Positions 35,075 to 54,921 of a stretch of DNA of 64,000 nucleotides are shown here, one piece after another. The stretch is from Selaginella moellendorffii (lineage: Eukaryota > Plantae > Lycopodiophyta). The translations under genes and the position numbers were made by a program. Position 1 is the stretch's first letter. Each line of letters begins with the position of its first letter. The stretch is taken from positions 290,908 through 354,907 of the forward strand of contig NW_003314300.1 in assembly GCF_000143415.4 (NCBI RefSeq), in the 5' to 3' direction. Below the pieces are notes generated by a model, which did not search any database, had not been told where the DNA came from, and saw nothing but the letters and a program-made list of their open reading frames with translations.

Positions 35075-36418
35075 TTAAACTCCCAATGTAACTCCCAGGT
35101 ATTGCTCAACTGCGAGGATCACAACCCGCTTTGCAAGCTCGGAGACGAGAGAAAACATCCCATTGTTCTCCACAATCCAGCGGGTGCTGAAAAAACCGAA
35201 GTCCCCCATCATGCCGTCGGCGGTTGCTGTTCCAGCAATCAACTCGGACAAGCACTCCACACCCCATTTTCTCTTACCGTCAGAAAACTCTGCTGCCTTC
35301 ATGACCATCTTCTGTAAGTCCCTCTTCTGCCGAGCAACTTCTCTGCTCAACAAGAAGTTCTCCCTGGCTTTCTCTCGGGATTCCGAGTAGACGTCGAGGT
35401 AAATCCTCACCAGCAGAGGAAGGTACCCGGTTAACTCTCTCATCTCAGGAGGCTCGGACTGCAGGCCTTGCTTGCCTACAAAAGCATCTACCTCTTCCTT
35501 GGTGAATACCGAGTAGTGGCAATGAGACTCCCGGTTGAACGTCGACTTGGACAACCTGGCATACGCAGCCGCCCGCTCTGCCGATCCGCCATGCAAGCAG
35601 ACCGAACATTCCTCAAACCCTGCTAGAGTGAGCCACACATTCCGCAGCTCCTCATTGGTAGCCCAGTCGTCCAGGAGGTTGTACTCGTCGATGATGAAAA
35701 AGAAGTCGTTGCTCTCCTTCAGGAAAGTCACCACCTGTAGCAACTCGGCCAAATCCTCAGCACAGTAGATCCTGTTCCTCGCCTGCTCATCCTCCACAAA
35801 TGCCACGATCAATGCATTCTTGAGAGCACGGAGAAGCAATTGGCGGCCCAAGGGAACCGTAAACAGGCAGACCAACCTCTTCTTCCTTCCGCCAGCCTTG
35901 AGAAAACTGTGCATGCAATGCAACGAAAGCATGAGCAGCAAGTACGTCTTTCCAGACCCCACATTCCCATCAAGATCGATCTGCTGCGGGTGAGCGAAGC
36001 GATCCAGCAGCTTCTTGAAAACGGGCCGTCCTACCAGCCAGATCTTACCGTCCTCATGCCTTACGCGCAACCCTATCGGCTCCAAGCTCGGCCATGGCAA
36101 CCCCTCGAAAACCTTGGCCTTCTCGAAGCCCACGTCCGGAATCGCCAGGATGGCGTTCCGGAGATCTAAAGCCTTGGAGAAACGAGTGTGTGCAGTACCA
36201 TCGAGGAAGAACCCTGCTGCCGTCATGTCCCTTCGGAGCCGTGAATGAGTAACTTTAGCCCTCGCACCGAAGTCCTTCACATCCTCCACGGTGAAATACC
36301 CTTCTTTCGCGAGCATTTCTTCCAGATTACGCTTAGCTTTCTTCGAGTACGATGGAAGCCGAGCGATCCATTCGCCGATGGGCTCCTCCTCCTCCTCTTC
36401 CTCCTGTTCCTCCGCCAT
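35075..36418 (-). CDS. Crinkler/RHS (CR)-like protein: helical (SAM-like) header + P-loop NTPase; frameshifted REase-like tail at ~34760-35070
   Basis: LVGRPVFKKL, Walker A GNVGSGKT, Walker B FFFIIDE, TGYLPLLV. Downstream, out of frame: FIP...VDFAMRF...IDVFQVSV. Confidence 0.7.
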   Translation of the reverse strand: MAEEQEEEEEEEPIGEWIARLPSYSKKAKRNLEEMLAKEGYFTVEDVKDFGARAKVTHSRLRRDMTAAGFFLDGTAHTRFSKALDLRNAILAIPDVGFEKAKVFEGLPWPSLEPIGLRVRHEDGKIWLVGRPVFKKLLDRFAHPQQIDLDGNVGSGKTYLLLMLSLHCMHSFLKAGGRKKRLVCLFTVPLGRQLLLRALKNALIVAFVEDEQARNRIYCAEDLAELLQVVTFLKESNDFFFIIDEYNLLDDWATNEELRNVWLTLAGFEECSVCLHGGSAERAAAYARLSKSTFNRESHCHYSVFTKEEVDAFVGKQGLQSEPPEMRELTGYLPLLVRIYLDVYSESREKARENFLLSREVARQKRDLQKMVMKAAEFSDGKRKWGVECLSELIAGTATADGMMGDFGFFSTRWIVENNGMFSLVSELAKRVVILAVEQYLGVTLGV

Positions 36419-38929
36419 CCACTTTCTTTGCTCTAAACCCTAAAACTTTGATCGTTAGGTAGTAGTTAAAACCCAGAGCCTAAACAGAGGATAAAATTTA
36501 AGCAGAATCAGAATAAAGCATAATAAAGACTTAATTAGATAAGAATTATTATAAAATTGGATTTAAAACTAAAATCCTTTAGCTTTAATGCAAGACAAAA
36601 CAAAAGAAAAATAATAAACTAGATCAAGTAAATAAATAACATTTTTATTTATTTATATTGGTTAGCAATGACAAAAATAATGGGGATCCATTTGCATATT
36701 GGTTTTACTATTGCATGTTTTGTCTTATCCTTTAAACACTAGTTGTAAAACACTAGCTAATTATTTTTTCCAGAGCAAGAAATCTATTACTAAATCATCC
36801 TTGTAACAAATAATAGCCTCCATTACAAGCTTAAGTTTCATGCCAGCACACTGAAGTGATTGTCAAGCAACACTATACTATGGAGAGAGTGCTCTCAAAA
36901 AACTTGCATGCTAACTAGCAACACCACTTTGCAAGAAACATTTAATAATGATGGATGCTACATCCATTCTAGTCATTGAAAGCAGTGGATTAAACTAAAT
37001 CAGCTTATTGTAATTTCTGGAAGAAACAAAATATTGCATGGAAAAAATTTCTTGATCCAAAAACAAACTATGAAAAAGAATAAAAGTGAGCTATATTGTG
37101 GTGCTATTTACTTGTTTGCAAATGAAACTTTGCACTATACAAATTAAATGTTTCTCCAGCTAAAAGTCAAGGGAATCAAGTGTGATTTCTCATAGGAGTT
37201 TAAAATTAGAGAAAGAAGAAGAGCTTTTCCATAGAAATACTTACTATATTGGACTTTGAATTAGCATAGCATTTGTTACACACATGTATTATTAAAATTA
37301 AGTCCCAAAATTGATCAAGTTACTCATAAAGTGTAGGATATCTATATGTCAAAAAAAGAAATAGTTGTTAAGAAAAAAGCAAGAATCACACAGAGTGAAG
37401 TTCTAAAATTTATTTTATAGGAATCTTAAATTTGTTCAAGAGTGCATCATTATTAAAAAAAAGTGATCTTATTGCATATCAGCTATTATACTAGAAGTGT
37501 TTAGGAAAGTTTATAAATCATAAATATAAGATTAATACAAATGAATAAAAATAATTAAATGATAAATATCATAAAATATTCAAATATATTTTAGATATAT
37601 TCATTACTATACAGATTTATTTAAGCAAACCAAAAAACGTTTTAGATATACCTTTTCGACTAAGTGCTAGACCATCCAGCAAGAGGAGCTGCCTAGTTAC
37701 ATTGAGAGACAATGGCTGGAATTGAGTTCCTGGAGATAGAACCACAGCAATTCACTAGGAAAACTCCAATCAAACTAGAAAATCAATGTTTTGTTTCTTC
37801 GATGATTAGAAAGGCAAAAAGCACTCCAAGGAGAAATTCATGTCACTTACATGCAACCCACAACCAAAGAATCATGGGAGCTGAGCAGTTCCAGATCCAG
37901 CAATTATCCACCTCACACCAATATTTACCTCCCTTCACACAAGTTTTCTTTTTTGGCATTTATATGTGCACTGAAGTTGGGGCACATTGGTAATGTGATT
38001 GCCTTTCCATTTGATCTTGGACAGTGTACAAGATTCACAGGTGTCACAGACTCAAGCAAGAGCTTTGAAGAACGTTGCTATTAATGCCAAATCCTAGAGC
38101 AGTGGCCTGTCCACCTCTAGACTACTATGTTGGAGACTTCCACAGTGGACCCATATGTCATGGAGGATTGCAAGGGAGCAAAGCAATGTAGGCTGGGTTA
38201 TGCATTACCAAGTTCATGACTGGGATGTCCACTCAAGCGTAAACTACAAGCAAGCTAGAGTTATCAATGCGGCTCTCCTAGAGGATGAGCATATTGCTGT
38301 TAAGTTGAGAGTCTGGAAGAAGTTCATAAAGTTAAAACACTGCTCTAGATTGAAGAGATCATTGATTGAATTAATGAACAACCTCAAAATTATAAATCTT
38401 TAAGTTTTAAAGTCTGATTAGTATGATAAACCAAGTTATTTCGCTTTAATAAGATCAAAAATTATAAAACTTACATTGAAACAGAGAAGAGAGATGCTGT
38501 TACATAGATCCTATCCTTTGGTGATGTGCATCTCCTGTTGTAGTGGGTGGGATGGATGGATGGTTTTTTGGGGATAGGATCATGGTTCTCATTCTTTCTA
38601 TAGATTAGGTTCTAGCCAAAAACTGAGAGAGACCAAGAAAAAATCTTTTATTAGGCACTTTTAAATTAGAGGATTTTAACCTAATTAATGGCTTTAACAT
38701 TAGTTAATAATATTATTATTTACTAGAAAGAGAAATGTTTCACATACCTATTAAACTAACTAATTTAATTTATACTTTATTCCCATCCTCCAAAAAAATC
38801 ACTTTTACTTTCTCTACTATTTGGCAGTACTCATAACCCTTATTCCATTGATAAACACTTTACCATTAGATTAATGATGGGTGTGAAACCCCTTTATGGG
38901 GTTTATGGTGTGGCTGGAAAAGTATCTGC

Positions 38930-40990
38930 CATCCACAGCTCCGGATGGACATGACCATGGCAGGGTTCTTCCTCGACTCAGGCACACAACCTCTCTTCTC
39001 CAAGGTGCTGGATCTCCATTGCTCCATCCTCGCGATTCCGGACGTGGGCTTTGCAGAGCCCAAGGTTTTCGATGGATTGTCATGGCCAGCCCACAGCGCG
39101 TAACGCTGGATGAGTGCAGAAAGATCTGGCTGGTCAGCCGCGCTCTCTTCAAGGAGCTGCTGGATTGCTTGGAGGCTAGCATGTGTGATCCATCACAGCC
39201 CCGGGCGATTAAGCTTGGATTTGGGAAGACGTACTTGTTGCTCATGATCTCCTGGCACTTCTCGGGGATCTTCTTGCAGAGTAGCAGTGCAGGAGCAAAG
39301 AAGATGAAGAGGGTTGTGTGCTTTTATACTTACCAGAAAACACATTTGATTTGTAAAAACTTCGTTCACAAACAGGCATTCGTGTTCTGTTTGCAAGAGC
39401 CAAGTTAAACGAATATTCCAAGTTAAATTAAAATCTTTTACAATCTTTTACGGTTCTTTTCGCAGGGCCGATATATATTAAGGTTTCTTTAGGGTTTCTT
39501 TACGTTTGAATTATGCAAATTGATATCTCCATTTGTATCAAAAGTCTCCATGTTTGAACATAATTCGTTTTATTCGGCCGTTTGCCAATAAGTATCTAGG
39601 CTGCTCCCACAAGCCTTGAGGATCCCCACGCTTCTTTAACTCTGTGAAAGAGGCACTCGTGGCATTTGTGGAGGACAAGCAGGCCAGGAACTTGATCTAC
39701 TGCGTTGAGAATCTGGGCGAGATGAAAGAGGTGGTGGGGATCCTCAAGAGAGATAACGATTTGCTCTTTGTGGTGGGCGAGTACGATGTTTTCAGCTTCA
39801 GGGAGCAGGACTTGGGGCTGCGTCAGGTGTGGACGGCGCTGGGAGAGCTCGAGCAGGGATCTACGTGCTTGCATGCTGGAGAAGCGCTTCGAAGCGTACG
39901 AGCAGGAGGAGAATCCCTGCGTGTTTACCAGAGTTTTCGCGAAGTTGGAGCTTTCCTGCGAAAGAATGGCCTGGAGGAGGAGCCAGCGGAGATGCGTGAG
40001 CTAACAGGCTATCTTCCGCTACTAGTGAGGATCTACCTCGACTCATACCAGGGATCTGACGACGAGGCAAGAGAGAAGTTCCTGTCGAGCACTGAAGTTG
40101 CCTATCAGAAGAGAGATGTCAGGAGATGGGTGATGGAGAAAGCGGACTTAGCAGCGGGGGAGATGACGAGAATGAGCGTGATGGGCTTAGCCGGCACTGC
40201 CACGCCCGAGGATATGGATGGAGGAACCCTTTTCGCGACGCGTTGGATCGTCCAGGAGGAGGATGGAAGTTTTGCTCTCGCGTACGAGCTTGCCAAGAGG
40301 GTGGCGATCGTCGCGATTGAGGAGCGCATGAGCAAGGCCGATGGGGACGCTCTCGCCACAGGGATTTCTTTGGCAGTGATTGGAGAATGCTGCTGGAGAG
40401 GTGGTGCTGCTCCTGCTGCGAGGAATCCTTCGTTGGCGGTGCTCGTGGAAGCGCTCATCGTCCGTGCCGCCAAGATGAGCGGGATCATGGGGAAGAAGAT
40501 GGACGAGTTTTTCTTACTTTGACAAGGGTGAAGGCCCGGTTCTCTTCAAGTACTCCAGCTCTTCCACGATCTTCATTCCCAGGAGTTGGTTATGCCGGAG
40601 AAAGGCCGACTTTGTGATGCGCTACCTGGATCAAGGCCAATGGGTCATCGAGGTCTTTCGAGTCTCGATCGAATACGTGGAAGTTATCGAGCAGATCTCC
40701 AGCGAGTTTTTCGAGGCTGAGAACTTGGCTCGCTTCACCGGAGCCTGTGGAGTTGACTCGGTGGTATGCCGGTTTTACTGGATGGGACGCAAGGAAGATC
40801 GGCCTGCGTGGTTTCCATCGAGGCGCCGGAGAAGGAGCCCGTGAACTACATTCGCGCATATATTCTTTGGCGCATTCTTTGGTGGAGGGTGAAGGAGCCA
40901 AGGTGGCATTTACGACACCAAAGAATATATGCTCTTGTCAAGCATTGTGGATACTCCACCTCCGGTTTCCAGGGCCCTGAAGCTCGTCTC
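38930..40990 (+). pseudogene. CR-like NTPase + REase-like pseudogene, interrupted by a ~270 bp AT-rich insertion (~39325-39595)
   Basis: GFGKTYLLLMISWH; LFVVGEYDV; TGYLPLLV; FIPRSWLCRRKADFVMRYL...IEVFRVSI. Frameshifts. Confidence 0.75.
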
Positions 40991-41049
40991 GGATCTAAAG
41001 ACAGATTGATTTAATACACCATGATACGTGCCAAACTATTTCAGAATTG

Positions 41050-42190
41050 CGAAACTAGAACGTTGACAAACCTTCTGAGCTCTGGCTGATACAACAAGTG
41101 TTATTGCTAGTGAGAAAGGCCAAGGGGAGTTTAGAGCTTATGATCGATAGCAGATGCAAACTAGACGTTGTCACTTACAACACTTTGATCATGCAAAGCA
41201 CAGCTTAAAACTCATCGAGTGCCATCCTCAAATCTCCAGGCTCTACGTGCTGCCGTCAAACATGTACGAGCGCCCGTCAAAGCTAGCAGCACGAAGCTAG
41301 AACATCGTCCGAGTTTGCAGCTTCGACGTTAGTGTTGGACAGCTTCACGCATGCAGAGGCTCGAAACTCCGGGCTCATCTCCACGAGCCGCTCGGCTGCT
41401 CCTGCAGGAGGTCCCCTGGTCTGGCTCGCATGGTGTTGATGAGCTCCTCGGCTTCTGGGAGCTTCCCACGCCAGCAAAGAGCATCGACTACACAGACAAA
41501 GTGATCCTTCTTTGGAGCAATCCCAAAGTCCTGCTGCATCGACACGGAGAAGGACCAGGCCTCGGAGATGGCCGCAGCGCTGGCAGTGTGGCTACACGCG
41601 GAGAGAACTTGACGAAAGTGATGCTGGTAACGTCCACTCCTTCAAGCTTCATGGCTTGGAACAGCTCCAGTGCCTCTCGGCCGTGACCATTCGCAGCGTC
41701 AGCCCCGATCATCGAGTTCCAAGTCATTTCGTTGCGCCGGGGCATGGTATCAAACACACTCCGGGCCGTGGGAAGAGCTCCACACTCACTATACATGGAC
41801 AGCAGCGCGCTCGCCACCACACTTTTGGAGTCGAGGCCGGTTCGACGTGGATCCTCTTCCCTTTGGCAAGCAGTGACAGGCTTCCATACAAGTTCAAGGC
41901 CGTGGAGAAGGAGCTCTTCTCCGGAAGGAAGCCATCCAAGTCCATCAACTTGAACAGCTCCACGGCTTCTCTCTGGCAGCCATTGTGGACGAAGCAAGTC
42001 GCCATCATGTTCCACATGACGGTGCTGCAAACCGGGAGGCTGTCAAACATCCGCTTGGTCTGCTTGATCTCGCCTCTCAACTTGTGAGACTGCATCAGCA
42101 CCGTGTACACCACCAAGTCAAACCGTCCAAGAGCAGTCGCTTTTCAGCGAAGCCATACGCCAGAGCCCCAGGAGACTTACTGGCTTACGA
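41050..42190. pseudogene. PPR pseudogene fragments (P-type on +, PLS-type on -)
   Basis: DVVTYNTLI; SALLSMYSECGALPTARSVFDTMPRRNEMTWNSMIG. Frameshifted. Confidence 0.75.
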
Positions 42191-42936
42191 CTAACTCTAA
42201 ATTAGTAGTGTTAAACTTTAATTAGTAGATGTTGTTAACTGATATGTTATAACCTACTATTGGTTTAGGTTTTTCCTCATTATGTTTTATGTTTGTGCTC
42301 ATATTTTCTTTCTTATTATTTATTCTCTTTAGTATTATAGCTCGATTGGAATATGTAGATCATGCTCAAGATAGTATTCTTTTTTTTTCTGATCTTATTG
42401 AGAGAATTAATAGTAAAGTAAATTTTGTTATTCTTTTGTATTATGGTTGGTCTTCTTCCAGAAGAAAGAGAATGTGAAAGATGTCATCGACTAATGAAAT
42501 ATCAATCTGATAATCAAGGTTGTAGAGATGGTTTGAAGTGGAATTGTAAAAATTACAATATCACAAGACTTCTTAGAACTAATATATGGTTTGCAAATAA
42601 TAATTTCACATTTGCTCAAATGCTTAGAATGATGTATTACTGGTGCATTAAAATGCCACAACAAGATCAAGCTTATATTGAGTGTAGTATTAAAAGTGAG
42701 CACCCAACAAATTGGTACAACTTTTGTCATAATATTTATGTTATCACATTACAACAAGGTAGTCAAAAGATTAGTGGTCCAAGAAGAATTGTGGAAATTA
42801 AAGAAAGTAACTTTGAGAAGTGGAAATATAATCGTGGTAGAAGAGTAAAAGGTTGATGGGTCTTTGGAGGAATTGAACATGATTCAAATTGAATATTTAT
42901 GGTTCTGATGGTTGATCGTATTGCACAAACTTTAAT

Positions 42937-42942
42937 TATATA

Positions 42943-43003
<61 letters not shown>
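42937..43003. repeat. (TA)n microsatellite
   Basis: Directly visible. Confidence 0.98.
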
Positions 43004-49283
<6,280 letters not shown>

Positions 49284-50029
49284 TGAACTAGGTATTATTA
49301 TTCATTATTTTTTTAAGAACAATTATATATACTAATTGTTGGGCTAGTTATGATTCAAAGTGGTTAAATCAGTTGAACTTCACTCATTATACAGTCAACC
49401 ACCCCTAAAATTTTGTTGATCCCATGACTGGAGTTCATATAAATCGTATTGAATTAACAGGGAATGTAGTGAAAAGATCCCTTCCTCACTATGGTACAAC
49501 AAAAGGATTATACAGCTCTTACTTTCAAGAATATATTTGGTGAAAAATATATACATTGAAAGAAAGGAAGCTGCATTTAATGTTCTATATAGTCATATTA
49601 AGCTATAAAATAAAGATAATGCTGTTATAGTATAATAAATAGTATATTTGATTTTGTACTTTTAAATACTTAAAAATAATTTAAAATAATATAATAGAAC
49701 AATCTTTAATTTATAGTAATGAGGTGTACGTAAGCAATGAAGTGGCATGCAAATCCTAATAAGGAGATAATATGCCTTGAGTAAACAGCACGGGTGATTA
49801 TGACATTGTACACTGCTTAGGTCAACATGAAGTTGATAAGCAAATAGATCGCTAGTTTAGGATTACAACATAAACATGCTTGTAGTTAAACACCTCCAAA
49901 CTGGCTAGTTAGATACATTGGCAATAACCCATTACATACTTCAGTTTCCACAAAAGTCATAACTTCAACATCATCTTATGCTTACCCTCAGAAAACCAAC
50001 CCCTCAACTTCATCCACATAACATTCATG

Positions 50030-50700
50030 AATGTTGAACGCTGAATGGATCAAACACCACGTTGATGCCGTCATCCTGGCAATGCGACAAGGCCGTGATC
50101 AGGATGTTCCAGGCAATGAGATCTTCCTTCCGGGATGGCAGCAAACATCCGCTTGGCTCCAGTCGTATGCCTGCTCCGGGCATATGCTCCGACGATGGAG
50201 GAAACAACTCTCTCAGCTTTGACATTTAGAAGATAACCAATTCCTCATGCTCGATTGAATTCTGGGAAAAAAATGTCATCGAATCAAAGATTAGCTTCAC
50301 TTTTATCAAACGCCCACACTGGGCATATGCTGTAAGAATCGCAGTCCACTAAACTTATCCAGTATCGCATCAAATTCATTCTCCTTTTGACCTGATCATA
50401 GTGTTCCAGGCTACAATGTTCTTGCCTCCCATAACAATTCATTTGATCCAGATAGCCGTTTTGGCATACGCAGTGATCATGTTGTTCCACAAGGAACGAT
50501 TCCTTGCAGATCCCATGCGATCTCTCTCTTGCTTCTTGCAAGCTCCCACATCTTCCAAAAATCTGGCTATGGATAGCTAGTTGCTGCAAATCGTCACTCC
50601 GCCAAATACGTAAATCTCTTTTCCACCGGACAGATCCCTGAGGATCTCGCCACGAGCTTTTGCTCCCCTTGGTACTGCACTTCTTAAACAATGACCATCT
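50030..50700 (-). pseudogene. PPR pseudogene (diverged homologue of 55330-56050 and 60480-61200)
   Basis: DLIAWNILITALSHC, GRCGSLQEARE. Frameshifted. Confidence 0.7.
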
Positions 50701-51328
50701 CACGGAACAATTCAGCTGAAATGGTGGTTTTGTAGGTTGATGATTATGCTCTAGTGTTGGAAAGCTAAACGTGGCTATACGTCGCAATCTTTCACATGGG
50801 ACTGACAGCTATGCCACACGTGGTGTGTCCAGTTGCTCCTTGGACTTTAGTCTGACAAAAAAACATTGACTGTCATTGAATACAAATAAATAAAATTAAC
50901 TGGTAGCAACTGCATACGTTATATTTCCCAAACACTAGAATCATAGCCTTTATAGAGTGAAAAAATCAGATCCCACCTGCGATAAAACATATAATAAATA
51001 TTAAAATACATATGACTTGTTGTATATAAGCATAAAATGCTTTTTTACTAGTGTATTTTGATTTTACTGGTCACTATGACAAGACTATGATTTAAAACGG
51101 GTATTTGACCAGAAAAATAAGGCAAAAAACCATGTCCTGGTCTTATGTGCCTCCTTTTGAGTAGCAGGACCACGAGGAGGCATTACTTGAACCATTTTTT
51201 AAACAGTTTTATAAAACTTCATGCTTCAATTTAGATCCCATGAGACACACGCCATAGCCATAACGTTTAAAAAGTGATACTTCAGGAGTATAAATTTCCA
51301 AGCCCAAAACCCAAACTCGCAAGAAATC

Positions 51329-51892
51329 ATGTTGAGTTCTTCTTTCCTTCTAGCATTGCTATCCCTATCTATTGGGGGCTTAGCTTCTGCTGGAGAAGAG
51401 GACTCGGTTTCTATCTTTCAAGTCACCGGTACGTAACTCAAGCTTAATTGCTGGGCTTACAAATACATGTGTAATGCAGATGGCAAGTTGGGAGGATATC
51501 CTCAGTGGGTATCCTTCAAGATCACAAACTTGGGACGAGACACCTTAGAAGTGAAAAACTCCTTCTTATCATATGGAAAGTGGTATAAGTACCCAAATAA
51601 GAACGATGATGGCAGTGCACCAGGTGGGATAACCATCGCTGCAGGAGCAACCTCTCCCAACCCGCCATTTGCTGCATGTGGAAGGCAAGGTTCTCCATCT
51701 GGGACTACAGGTGGATTTGACATCTATACGAAGGGCTTCAAAGTTGCCACTATACACTTTGATTGTCCATACACTGGCAGTAATAAGCTGTCTGTCAGCG
51801 ATGAGTGCAAGAATTGTGTTGTGCAGCTTCCGTCCTTTTCTACGTCCGGTGCGCTGGGAGACCTTGTACTCAAAGTGGTGGCACTAGTTTAA
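51329..51892 (+). CDS. Secreted aegerolysin-family protein, copy 1 (exons 51329-51428 and 51480-51892; 170 aa)
   Basis: YPQWVSFKITN..KNSFLSYGKWY..ACGRQGSPSGTTGGFD..FDCPYTGSN..SGALG matches the ostreolysin/PlyA pattern. Upstream exon MLSSSFLLALLSLSIGGLASA-GEEDSVSIFQVT joins in frame across a 51-nt GT-AG intron. Confidence 0.9.
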
Positions 51893-52129
51893 GCCTCCGA
51901 AAGTGAAGCATAGCAAGCTCCATTGCCCGTGGTCACACTGGTGTTCCTTTCAAATATTATGTGGTGGAATAAAATTCTATGCTTCTGGGTTCTTAATACC
52001 GAAATACACTCTAAGATCATTGAAATGCCAAACAAAATCTATCTCCAATCTCCGATCTGTCCGGTGGAGGTATCACAGCTTAAGTCCATGCCCCAATGGT
52101 TTGGACAATGAAGAGGTACCTAGCAGACG

Positions 52130-52830
52130 AAGCTGATGAAGGAGTTGTTGCGACTCTTTCATGAGTTCTTCTGGTTAATCTATCTCAAATGTTTAGTGAG
52201 TTTAAGAGTGCGCATTTTGATCTCCGGCGGTCCACTGAATTCTTCAATCATGACTGCTCGTAGCTCGTCCCCCAGTGCTTCGGTCCAAGCTGAGGTACCT
52301 GGATATGTCAGCAAACGATTTCTTCCGTCAACAAAAGATCTGGCTCTGCTTTTGATATCGACTTCTTTATGAAAAAACATGGGTCGAGGTAGATCCTTAC
52401 AAGATAGCCGGTTAGCTTGCGCATCTCCGCTGGCTCCGCATCGAGACCCTACCATCACAGGAAAGCTCCAACTTCGTTCTTCGCGAGCACTCTCGAAAAC
52501 GCGATGGAAGTGCTTCTCAGATCCAGCATGCAAGTATGTCAATCCCTGCTCGAGCTCTTGCAACGCCATACCTCACATCGTAAACATCATACTCGTCGGC
52601 CGTGAAGAGCAAATCGTTGTCTTGCTGCCGCCACCTGTTTCATCTCATCGAGATCCTCGGCACAGTAGATCCAGTTCCTGTCCTGCTCGTCCTCCACAAA
52701 TGCCACAAGCAGTGCCTCTCTCACAGGCACTAAGAGGCTTTTGAGTTGCCGAGCCTCTTCTTTGTGCTAGTGCTGCTAGCATGCGAAAACCCAACTAGCT
52801 TGATCGGCCATGGCAATCCATCGCTGTTGA
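52130..52830 (-). pseudogene. CR-like NTPase fragment (copies at 57240-57935 and 62380-62820 + 63620-63860)
   Basis: ALQELEQGLTYLHAG and NEYDVYDV match the 39644 copy (ALGELEQGSTCLHAG, GEYDVF). Confidence 0.7.
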
Positions 52831-52994
52831 AACATATGCTTGGTCTGCTCAATTGACATCCTGGGACCAGTCTCTATTGAGCAAAGCCGTAAGCCAAAGC
52901 TGCCCAGGAGAGAGTGTCACAGCCGGGCATCCTCTCCAACACTGCTCTTGCCAAGTCGGCTCGAGCATAGGCCATGATCAAGCTCGTCCACCAC

Positions 52995-53934
52995 ACTCTA
53001 CAAACACCAAAACGAGTGAGCACAGAGAAACCATTGTTGCCTACAGACTTGAGCCTTCTCATGCTCTAATGTTATTTGTTACCATAGCCATCTGGAAGTT
53101 CATCTTCCTCAACATTAGCCTTTTTGTGCATCATTGCTTTCCATCACACTATCACTTGTTTTTTGCTTTTCACTAAACTTTCTTTTGTATTCAAAGGTTT
53201 CCACCCCTCACAATGAATAACCACCCCAAGGGTTACAGCCCTTAGGATTATTGATAAGCCCCCACTAATTAATTATATTTAACCTAAAACAAAGGAAAAC
53301 CTATGATCTTCATTGTGATCATATTTTAGCCCCTTTACATAATCTCAACAATAATTGTGCTCTATCCTGAGGCACTTTTTGCTTTGGAACCTCTTACTTC
53401 TTGAATAAACTACTACACTTGGTATTTTTGGATTTTCACCTCCCTTTTTTTCTTGTTAGCTTCATTGTAAGAGTAGCCTAATTCTCTTTTTGGCAACTAT
53501 CTAACATATTTCACACCAGAATAAAATGGCCTTCAACTTGGGAAAGGTAACTTGGCGTATTTGGCATTCACCCTGCTCCCACTCATTACACTCACTTTTT
53601 GTTCTTGAGTAGTGCACCAAAGATGTAGAGGGGAACTTCATAAACACCAAGATGAGTGAATAGAGAGAAACCATTGTTACTTAAGGACTTGAGCCTTCTC
53701 ATACTCCAGTGTTAATTATCACCACAACCATTTGGAAGTTCATCTTCCAGCAGTGCCATTATTGCTCTTTATCATACCATCACTCTTTTTTGCATTTCGT
53801 CTCCCACAATTGATTTCCACCCTTCATGATGCAGCCCTATGACTATTGCTAATCCCCCACTAATTAATCACACTTAATCTAAAACAAAGAAAAACCCTTT
53901 GTTTCAGTCGTGAACACACTCTAGCCCCTTGACA
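52995..53934 (-). mobile_element. Old TRIM-like element (copy at ~58105-59085)
   Basis: Imperfect ~310-340 bp direct repeats ending TAGCCCCTT(T/G)ACA. TGGTGCAC (minus strand), PBS-like, lies next to the right repeat. Confidence 0.55.
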
Positions 53935-53999
53935 ATGTCTCTCCTAGGCATTTGATGGGAAACCATATTCACATCACCGTTCTGCACGTAGGCCTTGAG

Positions 54000-54560
54000 T
54001 ATCACAGTCCTAGACACTGTCCTGGCTTCTTCCAAAACGCACCCTTGACGCTCTGGGCATCGCCCTCCTGGTTCCTGGGAAACGCTTGCAGTAGCAAGGT
54101 CCGGGACACTAGATCACGACCAAATGGCCTTTGATGGAGGTGGTCCAGCGCACGCTCCAGATCGCCAGACTGGGTGAAAGCATTGCGAAAGTTACCTCGT
54201 CCGCCTTGCATTTCTTCTTCCTCATGTAGAGAAAGACGTCCATTGCCTTCTCTATCTCGTGAGACCAGCAGAGATTTGCAATAATGCAGTTGTAAGTCAG
54301 ACACTGAATGGACACCCACGCTGATCATCTCGTCCAGCAAAGTCTGAGCTTCTGTATCCTTCCTGGACCTCCAGAGTCCATTGATGACAGTGTTGTACGT
54401 GATCATGTTTGGAGCTGGCTCCATTTCTCGTATGAGCTCCAAAGCGTCGTCGGCTCTTCGAACTTTGCAACGCCCGCTGATCAAAGTGTTGTACGTAACA
54501 AACCTCAATGATAAGAATACCCACAACAACTTTTCATGTGGTGGTGATAGCAACACCTTG
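54000..54560 (-). pseudogene. P-type PPR fragment (copy at 59150-59710)
   Basis: VTYNTLISGRCK, PNMITYNTVINGL. Confidence 0.75.
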
Positions 54561-54921
54561 GATCACTGCTGAATTAGATCACCAAAGACATACCATACAT
54601 ACATTATTACAAACATCTAGATCTATGAGCAAACTTAGGTTTCATTCCAGCTTGAAGGAAACAATCACTCCTGCAGCAAATTTCTCTTTCAAAGTGCGAC
54701 TGGTGCCAGGCGGCGCAAAATCCTTCGTGATGTTAATAAGAGTGAAGAACAGATGCCTTGGACATTTCAAAGATATTTATATCTTAATTTTTCCAAGAAG
54801 CATCAGCATTGAGGATGACTTCTGAACTCCAGGAAAGAATAAATCGCTCGTAAGTTTTTGTAAAATTATAAAACACTACTTCTACTTTTGGAGAGAACAT
54901 TTTGACTATCTCCTATCACAC

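Noticed and set aside
35075-36418. NB-ARC/NLR assignment
   Set aside because: Lacks the typical GMGGxGKT, LDDVW and MHD motifs and has no LRRs.
36450-38860. AT-rich block with short ORFs (also 33064-34240)
   Set aside because: Probably decayed transposon sequence, but I found no diagnostic motif or termini.
51467-51479. MCNAD start of the aegerolysin
   Set aside because: It lies inside a predicted intron; the signal-peptide exon model fits all three copies better.
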